Below are positions 18,292 through 26,100 of a stretch of 64,000 nucleotides of DNA, in pieces. The first letter of the stretch is position 1. Each line of letters starts with the position of its first letter. A program made the position numbers and the translations under genes. The stretch is from a virus, in the IMG/VR virus record IMGVR_UViG_3300005529_000001, positions 16,882-80,881 of that record; one strand, given 5' to 3'. Below the pieces are notes generated by a model. The model saw only the letters and a list, made by a program, of their open reading frames with translations, made no database searches and was not told the origin of the DNA.

Positions 18292-18693
18292 TTACTCTTT
18301 GTTGTTCTTGGGTTTCACTGCCGGGATTCCCCCACATTTGATAGGGCAATACCTCTCGAATTCGCCCGTGCGGTCCTTCAAAGTCCGCCAGAGCCCAGTC
18401 GGTGGGTCAAAATCCCAGATGACATCAGCACTAAACGTAACCTCAGTGCCGAATGGTTTGGGCTTAAATTCGCCGCCTGTTACACTTGCGGTCTGCTTGT
18501 GACGGATGCAGACCACGTGAACCAGACCATCGGAATCAACATGCACATACCCCCGTGGGATTGCTAACGTGTTGAACGTGTCAATATGATCGACGACGCT
18601 CCTACGAACGGCGGCTTCGTCAGCTCTCAACGTTTCCTTGATCTTCCGGATGAGAAAGCCTAAAGCCCGCGCTTTCTTAACGTTGGGTATCAC
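18292..18693 (-). CDS. hypothetical protein
   Basis: 133 aa, GTG start. Confidence 0.4.
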   Translation of the reverse strand: MIPNVKKARALGFLIRKIKETLRADEAAVRRSVVDHIDTFNTLAIPRGYVHVDSDGLVHVVCIRHKQTASVTGGEFKPKPFGTEVTFSADVIWDFDPPTGLWRTLKDRTGEFERYCPIKCGGIPAVKPKNNKE

Positions 18694-18730
18694 CGAGACA
18701 ACCTACCATTGTTCACGGTTAGGGTTGCAC

Positions 18731-18804
18731 TGGTTGGGGCGGAGGGATTCGAACCCCCGTAAGCTGATTCAAAGTCAGCGGTCCTGCCGTTGGACGACAC
18801 CCCA
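18731..18804 (-). tRNA. tRNA-Gln (anticodon TTG)
   Basis: hand-folded cloverleaf; U1:A72 and 3-bp D stem typical of bacterial tRNA-Gln; T-loop GGTTCGAATCC; CCA encoded. Confidence 0.6.
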
Positions 18805-18832
18805 ATAGAGAGTAACAAGCTGCGTTCCGTGT

Positions 18833-18904
18833 TGGTTGCTCCGACTGGACTCGAACCAGTGGCCCCCGCTCCATGGTAACGGGTGTCCGCCGATATGCGG
18901 AGCA
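18833..18904 (-). tRNA. tRNA-like, anticodon undetermined
   Basis: good T arm (ACTGG/TTCGAGT/CCAGT) and acceptor stem with CCA, but D and anticodon arms do not fold canonically. Confidence 0.3.
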
Positions 18905-18911
18905 ATGCGTC

Positions 18912-19003
18912 ATGTCGAACGGAATCGAACCGTTGCCCGGGTAGCAGCCGCGAGCCTTCACAGGATTCTGTGTTTTTCCCAGTGCTTTCCTCGAACGACA
19001 TGA
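18912..19003 (-). tRNA. long tRNA-like element (type II-like, about 92 nt), undetermined
   Basis: acceptor CATGTCG/CGACATG and T arm AACGG/TTCGATT/CCGTT; internal arms unresolved. Confidence 0.25.
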
Positions 19004-19005
19004 CT

Positions 19006-19080
19006 TGGCAGGGGCGCAGGGACTCGAACCCTGGTAGCGAGTTTTGGAGGCTCGCGTCCTAGCCGCTGAACGACACCCCT
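19006..19080 (-). tRNA. tRNA-Trp (CCA)
   Basis: anticodon loop CTCCAAA; all four arms fold; CCA encoded. Confidence 0.6.
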
Positions 19081-19176
19081 GTAAAAAGCGCTGGTACATG
19101 GGACAACTTGCGTTGATCAGACGTATTGGTTGTTAGTCAGTCTTCCGACAACACTCACCATGTTTGCCAGCTACGG

Positions 19177-19249
19177 CACCGTCGACGGGAATCGAACCCG
19201 CATTTCCTGGTAGACAGCCAAGCGACCTAATCCATTGATCGACGACGGT
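19177..19249 (-). tRNA. tRNA-Asp (GTC)
   Basis: anticodon loop CTGTCTA; canonical arms; pyrimidine at 37 is unusual. Confidence 0.5.
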
Positions 19250-19332
19250 ATTGTATCGCTGTGAGAAGCTACCAACTCCTCGCGAGGCGGTGGGGCTCCC
19301 TTGCGCTGGGCGCCCATGTTACCTTGCAGCGA

Positions 19333-19406
19333 TGGCGGTCCCGAGGAGAATCGAACTCCCGTAATACGCTAGACAGGCGTACGTCCTACCACTGAACGAC
19401 GAGACC
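19333..19406 (-). tRNA. tRNA-Asp (GTC), second copy
   Basis: anticodon loop CTGTCTA with perfect TACGC/GCGTA stem; CCA encoded. Confidence 0.5.
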
Positions 19407-19494
19407 ATTGGCTCCTCGTTTACCTCGGCGCTTGCCGCGCGTTCTGGTGTACAGACCATGTTGGCATGGTATCGGACCTGGACTTGTTCCGGAG

Positions 19495-19566
19495 TGGAGC
19501 TCACGGGATTTGAACCCGTAACTTCCAGCTTGCAAAGCTGGCACTCTCCCGTTGAGTTAGAGCCCC
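19495..19566 (-). tRNA. tRNA-Ala (TGC)
   Basis: G3:U70 identity pair, A73, anticodon loop TTTGCAA. Confidence 0.65.
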
Positions 19567-19567
19567 G

Positions 19568-19649
19568 TGGAGCAGGAGGGGATCGGACCCTCAATCACGC
19601 AGCCTCCGCTGGCGAGCGGCCTTACCGAGTGACCATCCATTGCTGCCCC
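19568..19649 (-). tRNA. tRNA-like 82 nt with Ala-type acceptor (G3:U70, A73); anticodon undetermined
   Basis: acceptor GGGGCAG/CTGCTCC, T arm GAGGG/TCCGATC/CCCTC; middle does not fold as standard type I. Confidence 0.3.
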
Positions 19650-19773
19650 GTTGCAGCGTCGGTGGGTTACGTAGCAAATTGCATTCTATAGACGAGGAAC
19701 TTCAATGATAGAATTGCCACCGAGCCTAGCACTTCACCTTCTTGTCGGTCCTCTGCGACTGGTTACCGTGCAG

Positions 19774-19846
19774 TGGAGCACGCGGGACTCGAACCCGCCA
19801 CCTCAACGTTGCGAACGTTGCGCTCTCCCAGATGAGCTAGTGCCCC
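19774..19846 (-). tRNA. tRNA-Ala (CGC)
   Basis: G3:U70, A73, perfect anticodon stem CAACG/CGTTG, loop TTCGCAA. Confidence 0.65.
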
Positions 19847-19899
19847 GAAAACTCCGGCATGGTGACTGCTCTCGCAGACGATCCCGGAGGGATTATGGT

Positions 19900-19975
19900 T
19901 GGCAGCGGGGGATGGAGTTGGACCACCATTTCCAAGCCTTAGACGCCTGGCGACTTGCTGTTAGTCGACCCCGCT
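19900..19975 (-). tRNA. putative suppressor tRNA (anticodon CTA, amber)
   Basis: acceptor AGCGGGG/CCCCGCT plus G73 and encoded CCA; D stem GACT/AGTC; anticodon stem CCAGGC/GCTTGG (6 bp incl. G-U) with 7-nt loop GTCTAAG giving U33 and anticodon CUA; T loop TCCAACT non-canonical. Confidence 0.4.
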
Positions 19976-19976
19976 G

Positions 19977-20049
19977 TGGAGCTAGCGGGATTCGAACCCG
20001 CCACCTTCTGCATGCCATGCAGACGCTCTCCCAAATGAGCTATAGCCCC
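19977..20049 (-). tRNA. tRNA-Ala (GGC)
   Basis: G3:U70, A73, anticodon stem TCTGC/GCAGA, loop ATGGCAT. Confidence 0.65.
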
Positions 20050-20175
20050 GTGTGCCGGCGGTTACTCTGAGTCTTCACCTTCAGGTTTGCAGCAAAGCAC
20101 GATGAAACACGCACGCTGTGTGAATGCATATCGTAGTTGGTCGCTGGTCCTCCTATCCGCGCCGGCGGATCGGAT

Positions 20176-20250
20176 GGTGATCCTGGTGGGACTCGAACCC
20201 ACGAGTTTCTGCGAGTCATGCAGACGATCTGGCCGCTGATCTACAGGATC
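20176..20250 (-). tRNA. tRNA-Val (GAC)
   Basis: anticodon loop ATGACTC, perfect stems, CCA encoded. Confidence 0.55.
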
Positions 20251-20305
20251 GTGGCCGGTCTCTCCCGGCGGTCATAGCGGACGATGTGGTCCGCACGTTT
20301 TGTCT

Positions 20306-20503
20306 TTACCTTTCCTTCCGCTTGTTGCGGTACTGCCGTCGCCAACAGGGCCGGCACATGTATGCCATCCCCGCGAGCTGTGCAGCGATTTGACACCACT
20401 TACACATTCCGCGCCTCCTTTCGTATGAACGAAAGTGGCTACGGAGGTCTTGAATGATCCATGCAGTGACACCTCTTGTTTGGCAAGGTTTGGTTGCGGA
20501 CAC
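20306..20503 (-). CDS. small Cys-rich protein between tRNAs
   Basis: CKWCQ...CRPC motif; overlaps 3' end of adjacent tRNA by a few nt. Confidence 0.3.
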   Translation of the reverse strand: MSATKPCQTRGVTAWIIQDLRSHFRSYERRRGMCKWCQIAAQLAGMAYMCRPCWRRQYRNKRKER

Positions 20504-20567
20504 CAGGAGTCGAACCTAGCTGTTGCTGGGTTATGGGCCCAGCGTGTAAGCCGTTTCACTCGTCCGC
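20495..20567 (-). tRNA. tRNA-Met/Ile2-type (CAT)
   Basis: anticodon loop CCCATAA (C33 unusual) in perfect CTGGG/CCCAG stem; 3-bp D stem. Confidence 0.45.
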
Positions 20568-20569
20568 AG

Positions 20570-20642
20570 TGGGTCCGGAGGGCAATGATCCCACACGCTT
20601 CCGGTTAAAAGCCGGCTGCTCTGCCAATTGAGCTACGGACCC
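20570..20642 (-). tRNA. tRNA-Lys (TTT)
   Basis: anticodon loop CTTTTAA, perfect acceptor GGGTCCG/CGGACCC, D stem GCTC/GAGC; T loop ATCATTG non-canonical. Confidence 0.5.
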
Positions 20643-20652
20643 GTATTACATC

Positions 20653-20724
20653 GTTCACCTGCCAGGATTCGAACCTCCATGTCCGGCTTGAAAGGCCAGC
20701 ATCCTACCATTAGATGACGAGACC
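20653..20724 (-). pseudogene. tRNA-Glu(TTC)-like with non-pairing acceptor stem (probable tRNA pseudogene)
   Basis: anticodon arm CTGGC/CTTTCAA/GCCGG and D arm fold, T loop TTCGAAT present, but 5' GGTCTCG cannot pair with 3' CAGGTGA. Confidence 0.3.
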
Positions 20725-20753
20725 TTGCGATCTCGGGGTAAGTGGTTACTTGA

Positions 20754-20827
20754 TGGAGCCCAAGGCTGGAGTTGAACCAACGACCTCCCGGTTATTTACC
20801 GGTTGCTCTACACTGAGCTACTTGGGC
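20754..20827 (-). tRNA. tRNA, anticodon undetermined (loop TAAATAA lacks U33)
   Basis: acceptor GCCCAAG/CTTGGGC, D stem GCTC/GAGC, T arm GTTGG/TTCAACT/CCAGC, CCA encoded. Confidence 0.4.
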
Positions 20828-20828
20828 A

Positions 20829-20900
20829 TGGTGGAAAGGGCTGGACTCGTCCAGCACTTCCGGGTCAAGAACCCGGCGCTCTGCATTGAGCTACCTCTCC
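20829..20900 (-). tRNA. tRNA-Lys (CTT)-like with degenerate 6-nt T loop
   Basis: acceptor GGAGAGG/CCTTTCC, CCA encoded, perfect anticodon arm CCGGG/TTCTTGA/CCCGG; T loop ACGAGT. Confidence 0.35.
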
Positions 20901-21002
20901 GTGCTTGAATTCTATACATCGCCGGGCGTCGCCTGTTCACCTACACCAGATTCATAGTCTGGGTAACCGCGCTTCCGCGGCATGGGTTACTGGGCTTCGC
21001 AG

Positions 21003-21075
21003 CCTCTCTGTCCGGACTCGAACCGGAAGTCTCTACCTTCGCAGGGTAGCATGTTTTCCATTACACCACAGAGAG
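21003..21075 (-). tRNA. tRNA-Arg (GCG)
   Basis: anticodon loop CTGCGAA in CTACC/GGTAG stem; T loop TTCGAGT; 5' end overlaps last codons of CDS 21061..21537. Confidence 0.55.
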
Positions 21076-21537
21076 ATAATCGTTGAAATATTTGATGCCC
21101 TTTCGCTGGCCGTTCTTGGGTGGATCAAATCGAAGTGAGAAGCTTGTTGTGTGACCCTCGATCTCACTCATCGACACATATGCTACGACCTTTCGATCGA
21201 TGACATACAGTGCCATGTAGTCGATGTTTCGTGTTGTATATCGCAACCCGCTGCGACGGTTCGTGAAGTGTGACAGGCAGACCGTCCCTTTCTTGGATGA
21301 TTTCACTGTCTTCGCTTGAAGTTTGACAACTTGATTTTCTTTCACAGCGATGATGTCAATGTGACTGACGTCGCCATAGGGAAAGAAGACATCGTAACCT
21401 TGGTTCACTAGATCACTTGCAATTGCAAGTTCTCCTACGTTGCCTGTTGCTTTGGTGACCGACAGCATGATGCTATCGTAACGTGTCATCGTTGGACGTT
21501 CACATTCACGCTTCACTGGCGTCCCTGCACCGTGCAT
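21061..21537 (-). CDS. hypothetical protein, possible PD-(D/E)XK-type nuclease embedded in tRNA array
   Basis: 158 aa; GDVSHIDIIAVKEN...VKLQAK resembles D-x(n)-(D/E)xK nuclease core; location analogous to homing endonucleases in phage tRNA regions. Confidence 0.35.
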   Translation of the reverse strand: MHGAGTPVKRECERPTMTRYDSIMLSVTKATGNVGELAIASDLVNQGYDVFFPYGDVSHIDIIAVKENQVVKLQAKTVKSSKKGTVCLSHFTNRRSGLRYTTRNIDYMALYVIDRKVVAYVSMSEIEGHTTSFSLRFDPPKNGQRKGIKYFNDYLSVV

Positions 21538-21565
21538 CTAGGGGAATGTACGCGCCGAAACGCAG

Positions 21566-21621
21566 TCCCCCAGGTGGGAATTGAACCCACTCAAGTTTGA
21601 GCAGTTACTTGTCACGACGAG
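21566..21621 (-). pseudogene. tRNA 3' fragment (T arm plus 3' acceptor strand only)
   Basis: GTGGG/TTCAATT/CCCAC T arm followed by CTGGGGG-A but no matching 5' half within reach of next tRNA. Confidence 0.2.
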
Positions 21622-21695
21622 TGGGTCCAGTGGGAGTCGAACCCACATCTCTCTGCTTAAGAGGCAGGACTCTGAGCCAGTTGAGTTATGGACCC
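21622..21695 (-). tRNA. tRNA-Lys (CTT)
   Basis: acceptor GGGTCCA/TGGACCC, D stem ACTC/GAGT, anticodon loop CTCTTAA. Confidence 0.45.
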
Positions 21696-21747
21696 TTTGG
21701 CCAGGTGATGTCTGCTGAGAACGAGCGCCTGGCACGCTGCCGTCTCA

Positions 21748-21823
21748 TGGTTGGGGTGGCAGGACTCGAACCTGCGTATCGTAGGGTCAGAACCTACTGC
21801 TGTTGCCACTGAGCCACACCCCA
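21748..21823 (-). tRNA. tRNA-Gln (CTG)
   Basis: U1:A72, 3-bp D stem, perfect anticodon arm GTAGG/TTCTGAC/CCTAC, CCA encoded. Confidence 0.6.
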
Positions 21824-21824
21824 G

Positions 21825-21897
21825 CTGCTCGAGCAGGGATCGAACCTGCGATGGGCTAGTTAACAGCTAGCTGCCTTACCAACTTGGCTATCGAGCA
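21825..21897 (-). tRNA. tRNA-Asn (GTT)
   Basis: U1:A72 as in bacterial tRNA-Asn; anticodon arm GCTAG/CTGTTAA/CTAGC. Confidence 0.6.
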
Positions 21898-21961
21898 ATG
21901 GCGGTGACGGTCGCTTCGGCTAGGCCCAGATTCGGGCTGTCGGTCCACGAACAGTCACCAG

Positions 21962-22032
21962 CTCCAGCGGAGGGAATCGAACCCCCGTCGTCTCGGGAAA
22001 CAGCCGAGCGCACGCCATCGTGCTCCACTGGA
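21962..22032 (-). tRNA. tRNA-Asn (GTT)-like, second copy
   Basis: anticodon arm CTCGG/CTGTTTC/CCGAG; U1:A72; pyrimidine at 37. Confidence 0.4.
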
Positions 22033-22084
22033 AAACGGAACGCAGATTGTCAAAGATCAACTGAAAGCTTGCGCTGTCAGTCGG

Positions 22085-22167
22085 TGCGGCGTCAGGGAGT
22101 CGAACCCCGCGGGCCAAAAGGCACCTGGGTTACAGCCAGGTCCATCTCCGTAGTGGTCTACCACCGC
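22085..22167 (-). tRNA. tRNA-Tyr (GTA), long variable arm
   Basis: anticodon arm CCTGG/CTGTAAC/CCAGG; extra arm GCC-TTTT-GGC; 83 nt; acceptor 6 of 7 bp. Confidence 0.5.
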
Positions 22168-22382
22168 ATGTTATGTCGTGTGCTTAAACGTCGTTTGCCG
22201 AGGAACTTTCTCTTCCTCGGCAACTCTGAGTGGCTTCTCTTACCCCTCTTCATCGCTCCGGAAGCTCGGAGCAATGGGCGCTCCGATCAAATCGTGGTCT
22301 TATCGTTGGCATATGCCTGCCAACGCTTCTGATTCGCTTTGTTGATTTGGGCTTGGGTATTCATGATCGTCTTTCGACTTCG

Positions 22383-22457
22383 TCGGACCGAGTGGAATTG
22401 AACCACCGACCTCCTGCTTATCAGACAAGCGCTCTAAACCAACTGAGCTACGGTCCG
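22383..22457 (-). tRNA. tRNA-Ile (GAT)
   Basis: anticodon loop CTGATAA and GAGGTCGGTGGTTCAATTCCAC closely resemble bacterial tRNA-Ile. Confidence 0.6.
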
Positions 22458-22519
22458 GAGAACTACGAACGGCATTGCCGTTGCAGTACGGATACTCTAT
22501 CCAGCCCCGAGAGCCTGTT

Positions 22520-22849
22520 TCACACTTTTTCGCACTTTTTTCGTCCATGTGTCTTGCGATTCTTCCACCCATACGTGGGGGTCTGGGCGTGGCAGTTCGG
22601 ACAGAGAAAGCGGAGGTTCTCCGGGAGCTGGTTCGTGTTGTCACCATCGATGTGATCGACTGGCAATGTGAGGGGCTTGCCGTTGTGGACAGGTTCCTGT
22701 CCGCACTCCGCACACACGTATCGTCGACCGATCTCAAGGAGAAGCTGCTTCAAGTTGCAGGGCTTCGGTCGCCCCCGCAGCAAGATCTTCTCAGGTGTCT
22801 TCCGCCTCATGCCCTTGTTCCAAGCTGCACCCATCCGTCGATGGTACAA
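22520..22849 (-). CDS. HNH endonuclease
   Basis: CAECG...HIDGDNTNxxxxNLRFLCPNCH HNH signature. Confidence 0.75.
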   Translation of the reverse strand: MYHRRMGAAWNKGMRRKTPEKILLRGRPKPCNLKQLLLEIGRRYVCAECGQEPVHNGKPLTLPVDHIDGDNTNQLPENLRFLCPNCHAQTPTYGWKNRKTHGRKKCEKV

Positions 22850-23031
22850 GGAAGGTGTCGACGAGGACCAGCGAGCAGTCGCACAGGGTCTCGAAGATGA
22901 TCGGCTGCGAGAACATCACCTTGACCCGCTCTTCGCAGCCGAGATGCCCCTCCCTCGGGTAATCAACCCCGATGACCAAAGCAAAATGCGAGTGTTCCCT
23001 GTCGTTGTGCCGGGAGAACTCGATGACCAGG

Positions 23032-23472
23032 TCACCCGGCTTCAGGTCTTTGTGGGAGGCCACGATCTGAAATTACACCCGTCGTCAGCACCTCGATCCA
23101 GTTGTAGCGAGCCCAGAAGTGTCCCTTCCGGAACATGATGCAATACCACAGATCCTCAGTGACATCAGAAAGACGTGGTTTCGTTTTCTTGCTGTCAAAG
23201 ATTGGATCAATCCGAGCACGCATCAGCTCTAGGTGCGAAATGTGGTAACGGTGATCCAACACTAGTCCAACGCCAGCTTCGTCCATCGTCACCCCACGTT
23301 CTTCTGGAAACGGATATGGGCGGGCGATCTCAGTCTCGAGCTCGTCATAGAGGTTGACGCCACGATATATGCACTTGACAGCTGTCCCGTGTGGGATGGG
23401 AACTTCATGCCCGCACCGCGTGATGGTCACCGCTAACAGGTGATCGACTTCTTCACGCTTTTCTCTGAGCAT
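23032..23472 (-). CDS. hypothetical protein
   Basis: 146 aa. Confidence 0.4.
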   Translation of the reverse strand: MLREKREEVDHLLAVTITRCGHEVPIPHGTAVKCIYRGVNLYDELETEIARPYPFPEERGVTMDEAGVGLVLDHRYHISHLELMRARIDPIFDSKKTKPRLSDVTEDLWYCIMFRKGHFWARYNWIEVLTTGVISDRGLPQRPEAG

Positions 23473-24167
23473 CAGTGACCAGCTTGGCAGCTACGCAACT
23501 CGCGTAGCATCTCCTCGACGCGTTCGGGCAGCGTTGGGAACGGGTACTCTTCCGGGTTCTCAAAGACGTACTCAACGTGCTCGTCAGTGGGCCTGTCTTG
23601 CTCGCTTGCGTGCTGGCGCCATGCGGCAATGCTCGAGTGCTTCTTTCCCGGGGCACGGACATCGACTCGTTTAGCTGCAAACCAAGCGTGGATGTTGTCA
23701 CGGTCATTCTGGAAACGAGCGTCATTGATGACGATGTCAATGTGCTGTTCTGCCAATGGTTGCAGGTCCCAGCTGGCACGGATGCTCAGCACGTCAGGGT
23801 GGACCAGGTCTCGCATGAACTCCGTGCCCAATGGTTGGAGGAACGATCGTGGGCTGATTTCGATCTTTCCCTTCCCCTCGCATCGCTTGCAGAGCCCGAT
23901 GGAATAGTCGTTGACGGGTTCTGGGTAATGAACCTTGGTCGTCCCCGTTCCCAAGCACGCCGGGCACTTCAGGTCCCAACGTGGGTCCGCGGCGTTGCGT
24001 GAGTGAGATGGACCGTACAATTGCTCCTTGGAGAAGCCCATCATGTCGGCAGCAAAACGCTTCAGCGGTCCCGCTAGCGAGAACATCGTGAAACCATGAC
24101 GCTCCACCAAGATGTTGGCAATGCTGTCTTTGCCCGCGCCCGCTTCACCCGAGAGGACAATGATCAT
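23472..24167 (-). CDS. P-loop nucleotide kinase (dNMP-kinase-like) with zinc-ribbon insertion
   Basis: N-terminal MIIVLSGEAGAGKDS Walker A like T4 gp1 dNMP kinase; inserted CPACLGTG...CKRCEGKG four-Cys ribbon. Confidence 0.55.
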   Translation of the reverse strand: MIIVLSGEAGAGKDSIANILVERHGFTMFSLAGPLKRFAADMMGFSKEQLYGPSHSRNAADPRWDLKCPACLGTGTTKVHYPEPVNDYSIGLCKRCEGKGKIEISPRSFLQPLGTEFMRDLVHPDVLSIRASWDLQPLAEQHIDIVINDARFQNDRDNIHAWFAAKRVDVRAPGKKHSSIAAWRQHASEQDRPTDEHVEYVFENPEEYPFPTLPERVEEMLRELRSCQAGH

Positions 24168-24198
24168 GGCCCGATTCTACCGTCGGGTCACGTAGTGG

Positions 24199-24669
24199 TC
24201 ACTCTTCGGTGTCGGAATGAAATGACGAGTACGCCCCGGGCCGGACAGCTTCCAGCAACATGTCGCTTGCGCGTTTGAAGTGCTCGATCGCGGGTGCTGC
24301 GTCGTACTGAGCCGACGTTCGTCGCTTGCCCGGCCGGATGGTCTGACGCTCACGACGGTCATCGTCTTTGATAGTTTCTGGTGCACCCATCGCCGCAGCC
24401 ATGCCATTCCAGGCCCGAGCCAAAGCCTCCTCCGTAGAGGGTGCAGCCATCGATTCCTGGCTCGGCGTTCGCGGCACCGCAAGCGCTCTGACCAGCTCGT
24501 CAGCGAGCCTGATCGCTTCAGTCACGCGTTCAGCAGGGTTCAAGTCCCGCATCAAGGCTGGGTTCATCAACGCAAGCCCAGCAAACCACTCGCGAACAGT
24601 CGTACCTGCCGGTGGGGGCGGAGGCGATTCCTGCATCTGTTGCCGGATCAACCTCAATTCCATCGACAT
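24199..24669 (-). CDS. hypothetical protein
   Basis: start MSMELRLIRQQM inside ORF 24199..24801. Confidence 0.35.
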   Translation of the reverse strand: MSMELRLIRQQMQESPPPPPAGTTVREWFAGLALMNPALMRDLNPAERVTEAIRLADELVRALAVPRTPSQESMAAPSTEEALARAWNGMAAAMGAPETIKDDDRRERQTIRPGKRRTSAQYDAAPAIEHFKRASDMLLEAVRPGAYSSFHSDTEE

Positions 24670-24768
24670 CGTACGAGACTTCAACATAATACAAGCGTAC
24701 CATTTTAATGCTGAGACTTTCACCGTTTCCGAGCCGTCTGACGTGGGGTAAAACGAAGCAAAGACCCC

Positions 24769-26097
24769 ATGAACGTACCCGTTATCCACGTCCATTCGCA
24801 ATCAGACAAAGCCACAACGGGTTACGTCACTTTCATGTGGGAAACCATGAGAATCCTAGCGAATCACCCAGAATCGCTACGACTGTCGTTGCACTGCATC
24901 GGACCGACTGCAACAGAACGACTCAAAGAGTTGCCCCAGTGCAAGACGTACTATGTCCCAAACGCAGAAGCTGACAAAGGCATGTCGGGCTCGACTGCAC
25001 ATGGTGCTTGCATCGAACACGCGCTCGCGATGACTGATGACGGTGACATCCATATCCTGGTTGACTCCGATACTGTTGTCCTAGCAAAAGGATGGGACGA
25101 CTACGTCAGGTGTGAGCTGCTTGACAAGAGGATCGGGACTGTCGGCGCCACGTATGAAGACGTGGGAGGTTTCACTTCGGGAGGAGGAAACGTCCAGACA
25201 TACAAGGGCATCCCAAATGTGGTATGGATGGCGTTGTCACCCGTCCACCGCTGGCGTGACCTGAAAGCGATGCCCAGGAAAGGAGATGACATACACATCA
25301 CAAACGATGGATTATCAAAGACGTATGGCTTGCCGGTCGGTTACCACGTCCTTCGTGATGTGGCCTGGCAGATTCCAGAATACCTGACACAGCGTAACAT
25401 CTCCTACGTTGGTTGGAAGCAGCTAAAACCGACAAAAGAAGCCATTGTCCTCAAGAACCTCAGCGACTACCATGAAGAGTACCAGGTAACCGCTGATAAC
25501 GTCCCGTTCGTTGTCCACCACCGTGGCAGCATGCGTCACAATTACAGGGGTGACAGGATCAGCCAGAATTTCTATACCGCTGTTGACACCTATCTCGTTC
25601 AAGAAAAGGAGCGGGCGCCGCGGTGGTCGTGGCAACCGTCACCCGCAAACGAGAGCGTCTTGCAGATGATGCAAGTGGTCAAGGACCAGAACGCTCAACG
25701 CATCGCTGACCTTGAGAACCAAGCTGGGATCACGCCAAAAGCTTCAACACCTGCTCCCGCCGCCAACGTCGCGCCGTCGGCCACGATCTCAGGTTGGCTC
25801 AAGGCAACCCTTGATGGCCAGGGAGCTTTCAGCCGTTACGCCTTGCCTGTCCCGCAACAGGTCGAAATCAGCTTCGTCCCATCTCAAACGTGCAAGCACC
25901 TTAGGTTGGAGGGAACAGTCTCCGCCGTCAACATTGTCTTGCCAAAGGCTGAGTTCCAACACTCCTTGACGGTCAGAAATCTCACCGCGGGACCTGTCAA
26001 GCTATCAGTTTCAGGCGTTGGGATGACGTTGGATGTGCCCGTAGGGGCATGCTGGCAGGTCTTGGTAGACGTTGATGGACCCATCCACGTCAGCTGA
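24769..26097 (+). CDS. putative GT-A-fold glycosyltransferase
   Basis: 442 aa plus-strand gene; HILVDSDTVV DxD-like motif after a Rossmann-like N-terminus. Confidence 0.45.
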   Translation: MNVPVIHVHSQSDKATTGYVTFMWETMRILANHPESLRLSLHCIGPTATERLKELPQCKTYYVPNAEADKGMSGSTAHGACIEHALAMTDDGDIHILVDSDTVVLAKGWDDYVRCELLDKRIGTVGATYEDVGGFTSGGGNVQTYKGIPNVVWMALSPVHRWRDLKAMPRKGDDIHITNDGLSKTYGLPVGYHVLRDVAWQIPEYLTQRNISYVGWKQLKPTKEAIVLKNLSDYHEEYQVTADNVPFVVHHRGSMRHNYRGDRISQNFYTAVDTYLVQEKERAPRWSWQPSPANESVLQMMQVVKDQNAQRIADLENQAGITPKASTPAPAANVAPSATISGWLKATLDGQGAFSRYALPVPQQVEISFVPSQTCKHLRLEGTVSAVNIVLPKAEFQHSLTVRNLTAGPVKLSVSGVGMTLDVPVGACWQVLVDVDGPIHVS

Positions 26098-26100
26098 CGG

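Noticed and set aside
18690-19099. ORFs 18690..19001 and 18719..19099
   Set aside because: They run straight through four tRNA genes and have Ser/Gly/Arg-rich composition, so they are spurious.
21898-22332. Plus-strand 144-aa ORF and other ORFs across 21538..22332
   Set aside because: They overlap tRNA genes on the opposite strand, have no start context, and show noncoding-like composition.
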